Source of the DNA: Bacteroidales bacterium
GTDB lineage: Bacteria > Bacteroidota > Bacteroidia > Bacteroidales > UBA932
Direction: 5' to 3'
Assembly: GCA_012744435.1 (NCBI GenBank)
Contig: JAAYCA010000060.1
Location: forward strand, 4,067 to 68,066
DNA length: 64,000 bases
Notes under the pieces: model-generated
What the model saw: only the letters and a program-made list of their open reading frames with translations
Told to the model about the DNA's origin: nothing
Database searches by the model: none
Translations under genes and position numbers: made by a program
Shown here: positions 25,468-37,203 of the stretch, in pieces
Layout: every line of letters starts with the position of its first letter
How positions within the stretch are numbered: position 1 is the first letter of the stretch

Positions 25468-26047
25468 GGATTTCTTCGATTAGCTCCTCCGGCAGGCGGC
25501 TGAGCACCGGAGCGAGGAAGGCGATCATCTGGAGACGCCGGGCCTCCGCCTCGGGGATGCCTCGGGAGCGCAGGTAAAACAGTTCGTCCGGGTTGAGATA
25601 GCCGGCCGTGGCGCCGTGCGAGCACTGCACGTCATCCGCATAGATTTCCAGCTGGGGGCGGGACTCCACCCGCGCGGATTCACTCAGCAGCAGGGTATGG
25701 TTCTCTTGATAGGCCTGCGTCTTCTGGGCGTCGCGGGCCACATAGATCAGGCCGTCGAAGGCGACGGAAGCCGTCCCGCCGACGATGCCCTTGAAGAGCT
25801 GGCGGGAGTGGCAGCCGGGCGCGGCGTGGCGCACCAGCACCCGCAGGTCCACCCGCTCATCGGCGGCACAGACGTACACGCCGGAAAGGTCCAGCGAAGC
25901 GCCGGGACCGTTCAGGTCCACTTCCAGGACCTCTCTCCCGCTCAGTCCCGGAGGAATGACCAGGGTCATCGAGAGCTCCTCCCCGGCTTCCAGCCGGAGA
26001 TACTGCGGCGCACTGTCGCGTCCGAGGACATAGACCCGTCTATCCAT
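25451..26047 (-). CDS. sufD: SufD-like Fe-S assembly protein, short form
   Basis: Has the SufBD C-terminal core (QLFKGIV.G.ASVAFDGLIYV..DAQKT.AYQENHTLLLS..ARV.S.PQLEIYADDVQCSHGAT.G.L..DELFYL.SRGI). It is only about 200 aa. The start is taken at MDRRVYV (26047), which overlaps the sufC stop. Confidence 0.75.
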   Translation of the reverse strand: MDRRVYVLGRDSAPQYLRLEAGEELSMTLVIPPGLSGREVLEVDLNGPGASLDLSGVYVCAADERVDLRVLVRHAAPGCHSRQLFKGIVGGTASVAFDGLIYVARDAQKTQAYQENHTLLLSESARVESRPQLEIYADDVQCSHGATAGYLNPDELFYLRSRGIPEAEARRLQMIAFLAPVLSRLPEELIEEIHAGLS

Positions 26048-26795
26048 CGATGCTCTCGTATCCTTCTTTTTCAATCAGGTCCACCAGTTCGCGTCCGCCT
26101 GTCCGGACGATACGGCCGTCCTTGAGGATGTGGACCACGTCCGGGACGATGTATTCCAGCAGGCGCTGGTAGTGGGTGATCACGATGGCGGCCGTCTGCG
26201 GCGTACGGAGGCGGTTCACACCCTCCGCCACGATCCGCAGCGCATCCACGTCGAGTCCGGAATCCGTCTCGTCCAGGATGCTGAGCGTGGGCTCCAGCAT
26301 GGCCATCTGGAAGATTTCGTTGCGCTTTTTCTCGCCGCCGGAGAAGCCGACGTTGACTTCCCGCCGGGCGAATTCACCTTTCATCTTCAGCATGCCCATC
26401 TTTTCCTTGAGCAGCTTCAGGAACTCCGCCGGCGAAAGCTCCGGCTGTCCCAGCGCCTTGCGCCGGGCGCCCACGGCCGCTTTCATGAAATTGGTGATGC
26501 TTACCCCGGGGATCTCCACCGGGTACTGGAAGCTCATGAACAATCCGGCCCAGGAGCGCTCCTCCGGGCTGAGCGTCAGCAGGTCGCGCCCGTCGAAGGT
26601 CACGCTGCCTTCGGTCACGGTGAAGGTCGGGCGGCCCGACAGGACGCCGCCGAGCGTACTCTTGCCGGCCCCGTTCGGGCCCATCACGGCATGCACCTCG
26701 CCGCGGCGGACCTGCAGGTCCACCCCCTTGAGGATCTGCTTGTCCTCCACGCCGGCGTGGAGGTTCCGGATATCCAGTAAGACGTCGTTATTCAT
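26040..26795 (-). CDS. sufC: Fe-S cluster assembly ATPase SufC
   Basis: Starts [13 protein letters not shown]. It has Walker A GPNGAGKST, the signature FSGGEKKRNEI and Walker B ILDETDSGLD. Confidence 0.95.
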   Translation of the reverse strand: MNNDVLLDIRNLHAGVEDKQILKGVDLQVRRGEVHAVMGPNGAGKSTLGGVLSGRPTFTVTEGSVTFDGRDLLTLSPEERSWAGLFMSFQYPVEIPGVSITNFMKAAVGARRKALGQPELSPAEFLKLLKEKMGMLKMKGEFARREVNVGFSGGEKKRNEIFQMAMLEPTLSILDETDSGLDVDALRIVAEGVNRLRTPQTAAIVITHYQRLLEYIVPDVVHILKDGRIVRTGGRELVDLIEKEGYESIDG

Positions 26796-27389
26796 TCTTG
26801 TTGTAAAGTTTTTTCCAGGAAATGAGGGACCAGATGCCGTTCGCCAGATACAAGGCGCTGACAATCGGCATCAGGTATAGGCCGGAGCTGATATACAGGG
26901 CGATGTTGGCGGCGTTGACCACCAGCCATACGATCCAGCACTCCCAGCACTTGCGGGCGCTCAAGTACTGCGCCAGCAGGGTGAGCATCAGCAGGTAGGA
27001 GTCCAGCCAGGGGGCCGGATCCGCCTGGAAGACATTCGGCCACTTGACAGGCAGCCAGTCCAGGCACATCGCCCACGAGGCGCCCAGCACGCCGACGGTC
27101 AGCAGGATTCCCGGCCACTGCCCTTTCGTGATGTGGCCGACTTTGAGACGGGTCGCGTCGGAGGCGCTGCGTTCTTCCTCCCGCGGGTGCGTCCAGCGCC
27201 AGTGGCCGAAGGCGTTGATCGCGAACGACACCGGCTGGAGCAGCATCGCGCTGTACAGATGCTGCCGCCAGAAGAGGATGAACAGGAAAACGTTGTAGAC
27301 GTAACCCACCCAGAAATTGTATTTGGAATTCCGTCCTGCAAGGAATACGCAGGACAAGCCCAGAACGGCTGATATGATCTCTACCCAAC

Positions 27390-27393
<4 letters not shown>
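26788..27393 (-). CDS. pnuC: Nicotinamide riboside transporter PnuC
   Basis: 201 aa, about 7 TM segments, with [23 protein letters not shown] and [18 protein letters not shown], which are characteristic PnuC blocks. Its start overlaps the sufB stop (ATGA) and its stop overlaps the sufC start. Confidence 0.85.
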
Positions 27394-28838
<1,445 letters not shown>

Positions 28839-28883
28839 TGAATGGACAAAGATAAGGTTTTTGTTGTATCTTCGCGAATAAAA

Positions 28884-30362
28884 ATGACCCCCGCGACAAA
28901 ATATTTGATTGTCATCTGCGCGTATCTGGGCGCTGTGATCGGCGTCAGCTGGATCCTCTCCCGCCGCTCGCACGGGAGCGCCGATTTCTTTCGCGGCGGT
29001 CGCAAATCCCCCTGGTGGGTCGTGGCCGTCGCGATGGTCAGCACCTCCATCTCCGGAATCACCTTCGTGTCCGTGCCCGGGATGGTGGCCGCCTCGCAGT
29101 GGGCCTACCTGCAGATGGCCGTGGGCTTCGTCGCCGGCTATGCCGTGATCGCCTACGTGCTGCTGCCCCTCTATTACAGATTGAACCTCACCAGCCTCTA
29201 CAGCTATCTGGACGGCCGTTTCGGGCATTGGAGCCACCGCGCCGGGGCGGGTTTCTTCCTGCTCTCCAAGATCCTTATCTGCGGCGTGCGCATGTATCTC
29301 ACGGCCATTGTGCTGCAGCTGATCGTCTTCGAGCCCCTGGGCATCCCCTTCTGGGTCAACGTGGCCGCCACGATGCTCTGCGTGTGGCTCTATACCTTCC
29401 GCGGCGGAGTGCGCACCCTGGTGTGGACCGACATGATCCAGACCGTGGCGCTGATCACCACGGTGGTGCTCTGTCTCGTGCAGATCGGTCGGGTGATGGG
29501 TCTGGACTTCGGGGCGATGTACGGCAGCATCCGGGACAGCGGCATGGCGCGCATCTGGTTCTTCGACGACTGGCGCGAACCGCGCCTGTTCTGGAAGCAG
29601 TTCGCCGCCGGCATGCTGACCACCGTCGCCATGACGGGCCTGGACCAGGATATGATGCAGAAAAACCTCTCCTGCAAGACCTTGCGCCAGAGCCAGCGCA
29701 ACATGATGAGCTATGGGGCCGCCTTCATCCCGGTCAACCTGCTCTTCCTCGCCCTCGGCGTGCTGCTGTATCAGTTTGCCGCTTCCCGCGGCCTTTCCGT
29801 GGCCAAGCCGGACGACCTCTTCCCCACCATCGCCTGCGGCACGGACGCCGCCGGACAGGCCTTCATGCCGCCCGTCGTCGGGCTGCTGTTCGCCCTCGGC
29901 CTTACCGCTTCGGCCTTCAGCAGCTCCGGCTCCGCCCTCACCGCGCTCACCACCACCTTCACCGTGGATTTCCTGCACGCGGACACGCGGCAGGACGAGA
30001 CCGGACTGCGCCGCACCCGCCGCCTCGTGCATGCCGGGGCCGCCGTTGTGCTCGGACTGGTGATCCTGGGTTTCCGCGCCATCCGCGACGGGAGCGTGAT
30101 CGATGCGATCTACACCGTCGCCGGCTACACCTACGGCCCGCTGCTGGGCCTGTTTTTCTTCGGCATCCTGACCAAGCGGCGCGTGCGCGACGGCTGGGTA
30201 CCCTTCATCTGCGCGCTCTCACCGGTCCTCTGCTTCATCCTCGCACAGCACAGCGCCGCCTGGTTCGGCGGCTACCGGATCGGCTTTGAACTGCTGCTCT
30301 ACAATGCCATGATCACCTGGCTGGGCCTGTGGCTGAGCAGCCTGCGATTGCACAATTCATAA
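28884..30362 (+). CDS. Sodium:solute symporter family transporter
   Basis: About 492 aa from [23 protein letters not shown]. It has [32 protein letters not shown] and 12-13 TM segments. Confidence 0.8.
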   Translation: MTPATKYLIVICAYLGAVIGVSWILSRRSHGSADFFRGGRKSPWWVVAVAMVSTSISGITFVSVPGMVAASQWAYLQMAVGFVAGYAVIAYVLLPLYYRLNLTSLYSYLDGRFGHWSHRAGAGFFLLSKILICGVRMYLTAIVLQLIVFEPLGIPFWVNVAATMLCVWLYTFRGGVRTLVWTDMIQTVALITTVVLCLVQIGRVMGLDFGAMYGSIRDSGMARIWFFDDWREPRLFWKQFAAGMLTTVAMTGLDQDMMQKNLSCKTLRQSQRNMMSYGAAFIPVNLLFLALGVLLYQFAASRGLSVAKPDDLFPTIACGTDAAGQAFMPPVVGLLFALGLTASAFSSSGSALTALTTTFTVDFLHADTRQDETGLRRTRRLVHAGAAVVLGLVILGFRAIRDGSVIDAIYTVAGYTYGPLLGLFFFGILTKRRVRDGWVPFICALSPVLCFILAQHSAAWFGGYRIGFELLLYNAMITWLGLWLSSLRLHNS

Positions 30363-30373
30363 TCATTATACCG

Positions 30374-32037
30374 ATGAACAAAAAATCCCTCTTCCCTTGT
30401 CTTGCGGCAGCCTGCCTGTTGAGCACCGCCGCACCCACCGACGCCTGCACCAATCTCATCGTCGGCAAAGCCGCCTCCGTGGACGGTTCCGTCATCTGTA
30501 CCTACAACTGCGACGGCTTCGGCTTCGCCTCGCCGCTCAGTTACTCCGCGCCCGGCCGTCACGCCGCCGGAGAGATGATCGCCCTACGCGGCTATGGCCC
30601 CGACGCCCAGCCGCGCCTGATCGCCCAGGCCCCTTATACCTACGCCGTGGCGGGCCTGATGAACGAAAACCAGGTGAGCATCGTCGAGACCACCTGGGAC
30701 GGCAGGGAAGAGCTGCGCAACCCCGAGGGCTGGCTCGATTATTTCACCCTGATGGATCTCACGTTGCAGCGCAGCGCCACCGCCCGCGAAGCCATCGCCG
30801 TCATGCACTCGCTCGTGCAGGAATACGGCTACGGCAGCACCGGCGAGTCTTTCGCCATCTGCGACAAGGACGAAGCCTGGATCATGGAGATGATCGGCAA
30901 GGGCCCGGGACGCAAAGGAGCCGTCTGGGTGGCCATGCGCGTGCCTGACGACGCCATCTGCGCCTATGCCAACGCCAGCCGCATCCGGCAGTTCCCGCAG
31001 GCCCGCAAGGCGGACAAGAAGCTCGGCTTCTGCGTCGTCGAGGGCGAATGCATGTATTCCGCGGACGTGATCTCCTTTGCCCGTGAGATGGGCTATTACA
31101 ACGGCACCGACGCCGACTTCAGTTTCCGCGAGGCTTACGGTCCGCTGGACTGGAGCGCCATCCGCTACTGCGAGGCGCGCGTCTGGAGCTTCTTCCGCCA
31201 CCACTTCGATACCGACGTCATCGACAGCTACCTGCCTTTCCTGAACGGCCAGCTGGATGTATGTGACCACCTTCCGCTCTGGATCACGCCCAAGGAGAAA
31301 GTGTCCGTGCGCGATATCATGAATGACATGCGCGACCACTACGAGGGCACGGCCCTGGACATGACGGCCGACGTGAGCGCCGGCCCGTGGGCGTCCCCCT
31401 ACCGCAACCAGCCGGTCAACTTCGAGAGCAGCGACGGCACCCCCATGTTCCGCGAGCGGCCCATCGGCTGCCAGCAGAGCGGCATGACGATGGTCTGCCA
31501 GATGCGCTCCTGGCTGCCCGACGCCGTGGGCGGGGTCACTTATTTCAACATGGATGAGCCTCCATGGTCGCCTATGTGCCCGTGTATTGCGGCATCAACC
31601 GCGTTCCCGAGCCCTTCCGCCGGGAGAACAACAACATCCGCGAGTTCAGCACCGAGAGCGCCTTCTGGATGTGCAACTTCGTCGCCAACATGGTCTATCC
31701 GCGCTACAGCGCCATGATCGGCGACCTGCGCGAGGCCCAGCAGGAACTGGAAGATTACTACGCCGCGGACCAGAAAGAGGTCGAGGAGCGCGCCGCCGCC
31801 ATGACGCCCGGCGAGCGGGCCGACTATCTCACGGGCAAGACCATCGCCTACACCGACAAGATGATGCAGCGCTGGGACAAACTCGCCCGCCTGCTGATCG
31901 TCAAGCACAACGACCAGATCATGCAGCCCAGCGAGAATGGCGTGGTCGTGTCCAGCCGCCGGACCTCCCCCGCCTACGCACCGGCCTTCATCGACGCGGT
32001 GAAAGAACAGACGGGCAGCCGCTACGTCAGGAAATAG
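30374..32037 (+). pseudogene. C69-family dipeptidase, interrupted by a 1-nt frameshift near 31555-31562
   Basis: It has a signal peptide followed by the Cys nucleophile (APTDACTNLIVGKAAS). The family sequence continues in another frame from 31564 (MVAYVPVYCGINRVPEPF...). The two track ORFs 30329-31717 and 31564-32037 overlap. A restored length of about 554 aa is typical for C69. Confidence 0.75.
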
Positions 32038-32116
32038 ATCCCGGAGCGAAGCCGAATGGAAAGAAGGAGCCGGTCCCCCAGGGCCGGCTCCTTCTGTTCA
32101 TTATTCAACCAATCGC

Positions 32117-33913
32117 TTATTTCCAGTTAGAATACTGGGCAGAAGCATCGGTCCAGCCGGCGTTCTGCTTCAGCACACCGTTGGACAGGGTCACTTCCGA
32201 GCTCGGGATCGGGCGGAAGCCCCAGGTGGCTTCGTAGCGGGCCTCGTAGCCGGCACCCTGATCCTTCATCACAATCCAGGCACCACCGGCATTGCGGATG
32301 GGCTGGTTCAGCTGGGTCTTAAGGGCGGCCAGGGTGTAGGCTTTGCCGTAGCGGCGCATGTCGTTCCAGCGGATGCCCTCGAAGGCGAGCTCATGCTTGC
32401 GCTCCATCCGGATGGCGTCCACGCTGTAAGCCTTGTCGGCCAGGCCGACACGCTCGCGGACCATATTCATGCCGCTCTTGCCGCCGGGAAGCGCCTTGCC
32501 TTCCGTCAGCTCGGAGTGCATCAGGAGCACGTCGGCGAAACGGATAATCTGGACATTCTGCGGAGAGTGGCCACGGCCCAGGTCGGAACCGGCTCCGCCG
32601 TACTCGGGAATGGAAGAGAACTCATAGTAGAAGCTCCCGTCCACCATCGCGCCCCAGGCCTGGTATTTCTTCTGCCAGAACCCGCTCTCCTCCATCTGGT
32701 TGTCATTGCCCCAGGAGTACTTGGAAGGATCGGCCATCTCCTCGTCAACGCTGTAGATGGAAGCCGCCTTGCGGAGGTCTCCGGGCTCTTCGATCTCCCA
32801 TTGCTCCCAGACATACGGATTCACGGTCGCCATGCCGTAACCGCGGCTGAACGGGAAAGCGTTGACCTCATATTTGCTGCGCTTGCGCACGCCCAGATAC
32901 TGGTCGAACTTATTCCGGTTTCGACTGGACTCTGCCACGTTGGAGTAACAGATGCTGAACATCTCCTCGGGGTTTACATCGTCGGTGATCCAGGTGCCTT
33001 CGACACTCTGGGCATAGACGTAGTCCGCCTTGGTCGCGCTGTTCATGTACGGCCACATGAGGCGGAAGTCCGCCACCAGCTTGTGGCCGCTGTTCGCGAT
33101 GCAGTCCTCCAGGGCGGTCACCACCTCATCCTTGCTGACGGTCTGGCCCGAGAGTTCGTTGGTCTCCAGGTCCACCAACGGAAGGGTGGTGATGGTCGTA
33201 CCGTTCTTGTCACTGTAGAAACCCGTGTAGAAAAGGTAAACGCGCGCCAGCAGGGCTTCGGCATCCCACTTGGTGGCGTGACGAAGGCCCGATACGCACT
33301 CGTTCCACTTCTTGGCAGGCATAATGGCGATGGCCTGCTTCAGGCCGGCGGTGATGGTGCCGTAGATCTCCTCGATCGTGCCGGGAGCCGGATAGGCGGC
33401 CGCGTCGGACACCGAGTTGGGGGCGGAGGTTACCAGCGGAATCTCGCCGAACTGCTGGGTCAGGTCGAACAGGAAGAAGGAACGCATGAAGTAGGCCTCA
33501 CCCAGGAGCTGGTTGCGGAGCTCTTCGTCCTCCACCTTGTCCAGGTTGGCGATGGCCAGGTTGGCGCGTGTGATGCCGGAATAATACGGAGTCCAGTAAT
33601 CCAGCTGGGCGTTCGGCTCGAAATAGAGCAGGTGGTCGTAAGCCTGAATCTCATAATCATCCTGTCCGCCGCCACCGAAGCACTCGTCAGCCATAGTCAG
33701 GTTGGCGATAAAGGAATGGGCACTAGGCGAATAAGATGCCTGGTTCAACGCGGAATAGATACCCGTTACCAGCTGGAGAGCATCTTGTTCGGAAGCGGGA
33801 TAGTTACTGGTGTTGCTCTCAGTATAGCTCACGGTGTCCAGGAATTGCTCGCAACCGGCGAAAACCATGGAAGCCAGGGCAATAGCAGATAAGTATATGA
33901 TAATCTTTTTCAT
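32117..33913 (-). CDS. SusD/RagB-family nutrient-binding outer membrane lipoprotein
   Basis: 598 aa with a lipoprotein signal (FAGCEQF) and TPR-like SusD blocks (YFMRSFFLFDLTQQFGEIPL, RFADVLLMHSE, ERKHELAFEGIRWNDMRRYG). It lies immediately downstream of susC. Confidence 0.9.
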   Translation of the reverse strand: MKKIIIYLSAIALASMVFAGCEQFLDTVSYTESNTSNYPASEQDALQLVTGIYSALNQASYSPSAHSFIANLTMADECFGGGGQDDYEIQAYDHLLYFEPNAQLDYWTPYYSGITRANLAIANLDKVEDEELRNQLLGEAYFMRSFFLFDLTQQFGEIPLVTSAPNSVSDAAAYPAPGTIEEIYGTITAGLKQAIAIMPAKKWNECVSGLRHATKWDAEALLARVYLFYTGFYSDKNGTTITTLPLVDLETNELSGQTVSKDEVVTALEDCIANSGHKLVADFRLMWPYMNSATKADYVYAQSVEGTWITDDVNPEEMFSICYSNVAESSRNRNKFDQYLGVRKRSKYEVNAFPFSRGYGMATVNPYVWEQWEIEEPGDLRKAASIYSVDEEMADPSKYSWGNDNQMEESGFWQKKYQAWGAMVDGSFYYEFSSIPEYGGAGSDLGRGHSPQNVQIIRFADVLLMHSELTEGKALPGGKSGMNMVRERVGLADKAYSVDAIRMERKHELAFEGIRWNDMRRYGKAYTLAALKTQLNQPIRNAGGAWIVMKDQGAGYEARYEATWGFRPIPSSEVTLSNGVLKQNAGWTDASAQYSNWK

Positions 33914-33919
33914 AACATA

Positions 33920-36900
33920 CTAGAATTGAATGTTGACACCAACGAGGAAAGAACGTGCGCTGGGATAGTAACCCAGATCGATACCGGACACCCAGTCTTC
34001 GTCGAAGCCATAACCGATCTCAGGATCCATGCCGGAGTACTTGGTGATGGTCAGGAGGTTCTGGGCGGAGACATAGAGGCGGGCCTTGCTGATGAAGCCG
34101 CCGCGCAACAGCCGGCTGAAGTCGTAGCCGAGGGTCACGTTGGAAATCTTGAAAAAGTCGGCGTTCTCGATGTAGATATCGGAGATGTTGGACCAGTTGC
34201 GGTCGGCGCAGGTAGTCCACAGCGGGAGCCGGTTGGACGTGCCGGGACCGCTCCAGCAGTTCAGCAGGTCGCGGGTGTAGCTGTCCGTCGGACGGTCGAA
34301 GAAGGAACGGTAGGACTTGGCGATCTGCTGGCCGAAGTTGCCGTAGCCGGTGATGTTCAGGTCGAAGCCCTTCCAGGCGAACCAGAGATTGAGGCCGGCG
34401 GTGAAGTCCGGATGGGGATCGCCGATCATCGTGCGGTCGTCGTCGGTGATCTGTCCGTCGCCGTTGACGTCCACGAAGATCAGGTCGCCGGGCTTGGCGT
34501 CATCGTATTTGGCCTTGGCGGCGTTGACCTCGGACTCGTTCTGGAAGACGCCGGCGGTCTTGTAGCCGTAGAAGTAGCCGATCGGGTAGCCGACTTGAGC
34601 GCGGTACATCTCGGAAGTACCCTGGCTCAGCACGTCGTCCTTGCCATGGATGATGCCTTCGGAGTTGGCAAGCCGGGTGACCTCGTTCTTGTTGAACGAA
34701 CCGTTCAGGTTGATGCCATAGGTGAACTCGCCCGTGTGCTTGCCGTAGTCGATGGAGAACTCGATACCGGAGTTGCGCACGTCACCGCCGTTTACGTATG
34801 GAGCACTGAAGCCGTACACCGTCGCGATGGGGGCGTCCACCAGCCAGTTCTTGGTGTTCTTGATGTAGGCGTCGACCGTGAGGCCGAGGGCGGAGTTGAA
34901 GAAGCGGGCGTCAAGACCGACGTTGGTCTGCTCGGAGGTCTCCCAGCTCACGTCCGGATTGGCCAGCGTGCCGGGGACGGCGCCGGTGGACATGGATGCC
35001 TTGTTGCCGAAGTAGTAGCCGGCGCTGCTGGACATCTTGATCGTGGACAGGTACTGGAAGTTGGAGATGCTGGCGTTACCGTTCTGGCCCCAGCTGGCGC
35101 GCAGCTTCAGGAAGCTCAGCCAGTCGGAACTGCCCGCCAGGAACGGCTCGTTGGAGAGGGTCCAGCCGGCGGAGACCGACGGGAAGATGCCCCAGCGGTG
35201 ACCGCGGGCGAAGTTGGAGGAACCGTCAGCGCGGACCGTCGCGGAGAACAGGTAGGTGTCCTTGTAGCTGTAGTTGACACGGCCGAAGAAGGAAGCCAGG
35301 GCACCTGCCGTGGACGGGGAGCCGGAAGCGGAGATCTGGCCAAGGATGGCCGGCTTGGTATTGGACAGCCAGGCCCGATCGAAGTCGTTGGGGAAGATGC
35401 TGTTCCACGCACTGGCGGACAGGCTTTCACCCATGCCCCATTTCTCGATGGACTGACCCAGCACGGTGTCGAACACGTGGTCGTTGTTGATGTCGAAATG
35501 GTAGGAAAGCGTATTCTCCCAAGTAATGCGGTGGCCCAGCCTGAGGCTTTGGGAAACCACGTCGTTGTCGTTGTACTGGGAAGTGTTCAGATGATAGATC
35601 ATCTTGTAGCTGCGGTTCGAGCTGCCGGACAGGCGGTAGCCGAACTGGCTCTTGAACCGGAGGTTCTTGATCGGCTGGAGCTCGGCATACACGCTTGCAT
35701 GCAGCGAGTAGAACTTCTCGAGGTTGCGGCCGCGGTTGAAGTAGTCCACGCCGATCGGGTGCTTGGCGTCATTGAAGAAGGTCCAGCCTTCGCGGTCGCG
35801 GACCGCCTCGTCGTAGAAGCCGAGGACGTTGCCCTTGCCGTCCGTCTCGTACACCGGGAGGAGCGGGTTGGCGCCGATCGCATCGTGCAGGGAGCTGTCG
35901 TAGATGTCGCCTTCAGCGATGCCGCTGTTCTGGCCGAAGCTGAAGTTGAGGGTCTCGCCCACCTTGAGGATCTCCAGGTTGTTGCGTTTCATGACCACGT
36001 TGTCCGAGTTCATGCGGAAGGTGTAGCGGCGGTACTTCGCATTCATCGGCTCGATCTTGTTCCAGCCCAGGATACCGTCCTGTCCGGTGTAGGACAGACC
36101 CATCGAGAACTTGTGGTCGGCGGTGCCGCCGGCGACGTTCACGGAATGGTTCTGGGTCATCGCGCCCTTGTTGTACATCTCCTCCACCCAGTTCGTGCCG
36201 TTCCAGGAACCGTTCATGATGGACTGGTACAGGCTGGCGGGAAGTTTGGCGGAGAAGTCGACGGGATCCAGGCCCGAGTTCGTGCGGGCGAGGTTGTACA
36301 TCTGCATGTACTCCTTGGCATTGACCATGTCGGGCATCTTGGCGATGTACTGACCGCCGTAAAAGCCGTCGTAGGAGACGATCACGCGGCCTTCCTTACC
36401 CTGCTTCGTGGTCACGAGCACGACACCGTTCGCGGCACGGGCGCCGTAGATGGCGGCCGAGGCTGCGTCCTTGAGGATATCGACAGACTCGATATCGTTG
36501 GGGTTCAGCGCGTTGATGTCGCCGCCGGCCACGCCGTCGATGACGTACAGCGGCTCAGAATCACCGATGGTGCCGATACCGCGGATGTTCACTTTGTAGC
36601 CGCGGCCCGGCTGGCCGGAATTCTGGGTGATGGACACGCCCGGGCTCTGGCTCTGGAGGGCGCCGAGCGCGGAGGCCGTGTTGAGTTTGGCGAGTTCGTC
36701 GCCTTTCACCTGGATCGTGGATCCGGTGAGGAGTTTCTTCTGTTGGACACCGTAACCGATGACAACCGCCTCGGAAAGCTGGTCCAGATCAGGATACAGG
36801 GTCACGTTGACGGTGCTGCGTCCCTCGACGGCGATCTCCGCCGCGATGTAGCCGAGGCTCTCCACGGAGAGGACTCCGTTCGCGGGAGATTCGACCGAGA

Positions 36901-37081
36901 ACTTGCCGTCGGCGTCGGAGGTCGTCCAGGCGCCAGTACCCTTCACGACAACCGATGCGAAGGGGACAGGGTCCCCGCTGGCACCGTCGGTAATCGTTCC
37001 TTTGACCGTCAGGTTCTGGGCGCTGGCGCTCAACGCGACAAATCCCGACAGCAGGAAAAGGAAAAGTTTGTAGGCTTTCAT
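33920..37081 (-). CDS. SusC/RagA-family TonB-linked outer membrane transporter
   Basis: 1053 aa with a signal peptide, a carboxypeptidase-regulatory-like domain (LTVKGTITDG.SGDPVPFASVVVKGT), a plug (DILKDAASAAIYGARAANGVVLVTTKQG) and a barrel ending ..VGVNIQF. Confidence 0.95.
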   Translation of the reverse strand: MKAYKLFLFLLSGFVALSASAQNLTVKGTITDGASGDPVPFASVVVKGTGAWTTSDADGKFSVESPANGVLSVESLGYIAAEIAVEGRSTVNVTLYPDLDQLSEAVVIGYGVQQKKLLTGSTIQVKGDELAKLNTASALGALQSQSPGVSITQNSGQPGRGYKVNIRGIGTIGDSEPLYVIDGVAGGDINALNPNDIESVDILKDAASAAIYGARAANGVVLVTTKQGKEGRVIVSYDGFYGGQYIAKMPDMVNAKEYMQMYNLARTNSGLDPVDFSAKLPASLYQSIMNGSWNGTNWVEEMYNKGAMTQNHSVNVAGGTADHKFSMGLSYTGQDGILGWNKIEPMNAKYRRYTFRMNSDNVVMKRNNLEILKVGETLNFSFGQNSGIAEGDIYDSSLHDAIGANPLLPVYETDGKGNVLGFYDEAVRDREGWTFFNDAKHPIGVDYFNRGRNLEKFYSLHASVYAELQPIKNLRFKSQFGYRLSGSSNRSYKMIYHLNTSQYNDNDVVSQSLRLGHRITWENTLSYHFDINNDHVFDTVLGQSIEKWGMGESLSASAWNSIFPNDFDRAWLSNTKPAILGQISASGSPSTAGALASFFGRVNYSYKDTYLFSATVRADGSSNFARGHRWGIFPSVSAGWTLSNEPFLAGSSDWLSFLKLRASWGQNGNASISNFQYLSTIKMSSSAGYYFGNKASMSTGAVPGTLANPDVSWETSEQTNVGLDARFFNSALGLTVDAYIKNTKNWLVDAPIATVYGFSAPYVNGGDVRNSGIEFSIDYGKHTGEFTYGINLNGSFNKNEVTRLANSEGIIHGKDDVLSQGTSEMYRAQVGYPIGYFYGYKTAGVFQNESEVNAAKAKYDDAKPGDLIFVDVNGDGQITDDDRTMIGDPHPDFTAGLNLWFAWKGFDLNITGYGNFGQQIAKSYRSFFDRPTDSYTRDLLNCWSGPGTSNRLPLWTTCADRNWSNISDIYIENADFFKISNVTLGYDFSRLLRGGFISKARLYVSAQNLLTITKYSGMDPEIGYGFDEDWVSGIDLGYYPSARSFLVGVNIQF

Positions 37082-37131
37082 AAGGTTATTATTGATTGAA
37101 TTTTAAAAGTGTGTTCCGTGGTCTTACGATA

Positions 37132-37196
37132 CAAAAATACCCTGCTTCACCGATTTAATGAAGCCACTTTTGCGTATTTCAATACCCATTTTACGT
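37132..37196 (-). promoter_or_regulatory. Promoter (-7 box TAttTTTG) plus direct-repeat operator, site S1, upstream of susC
   Basis: The + strand has TTTGCGT at 37169-37175 and TTTACGT at 37190-37196 (21-bp spacing), flanking ATTTCAATAC. The -7 box complement caaaaata lies at 37132-37139, 29 nt from the operator. Confidence 0.6.
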
Positions 37197-37203
37197 CCCA
37201 TGA

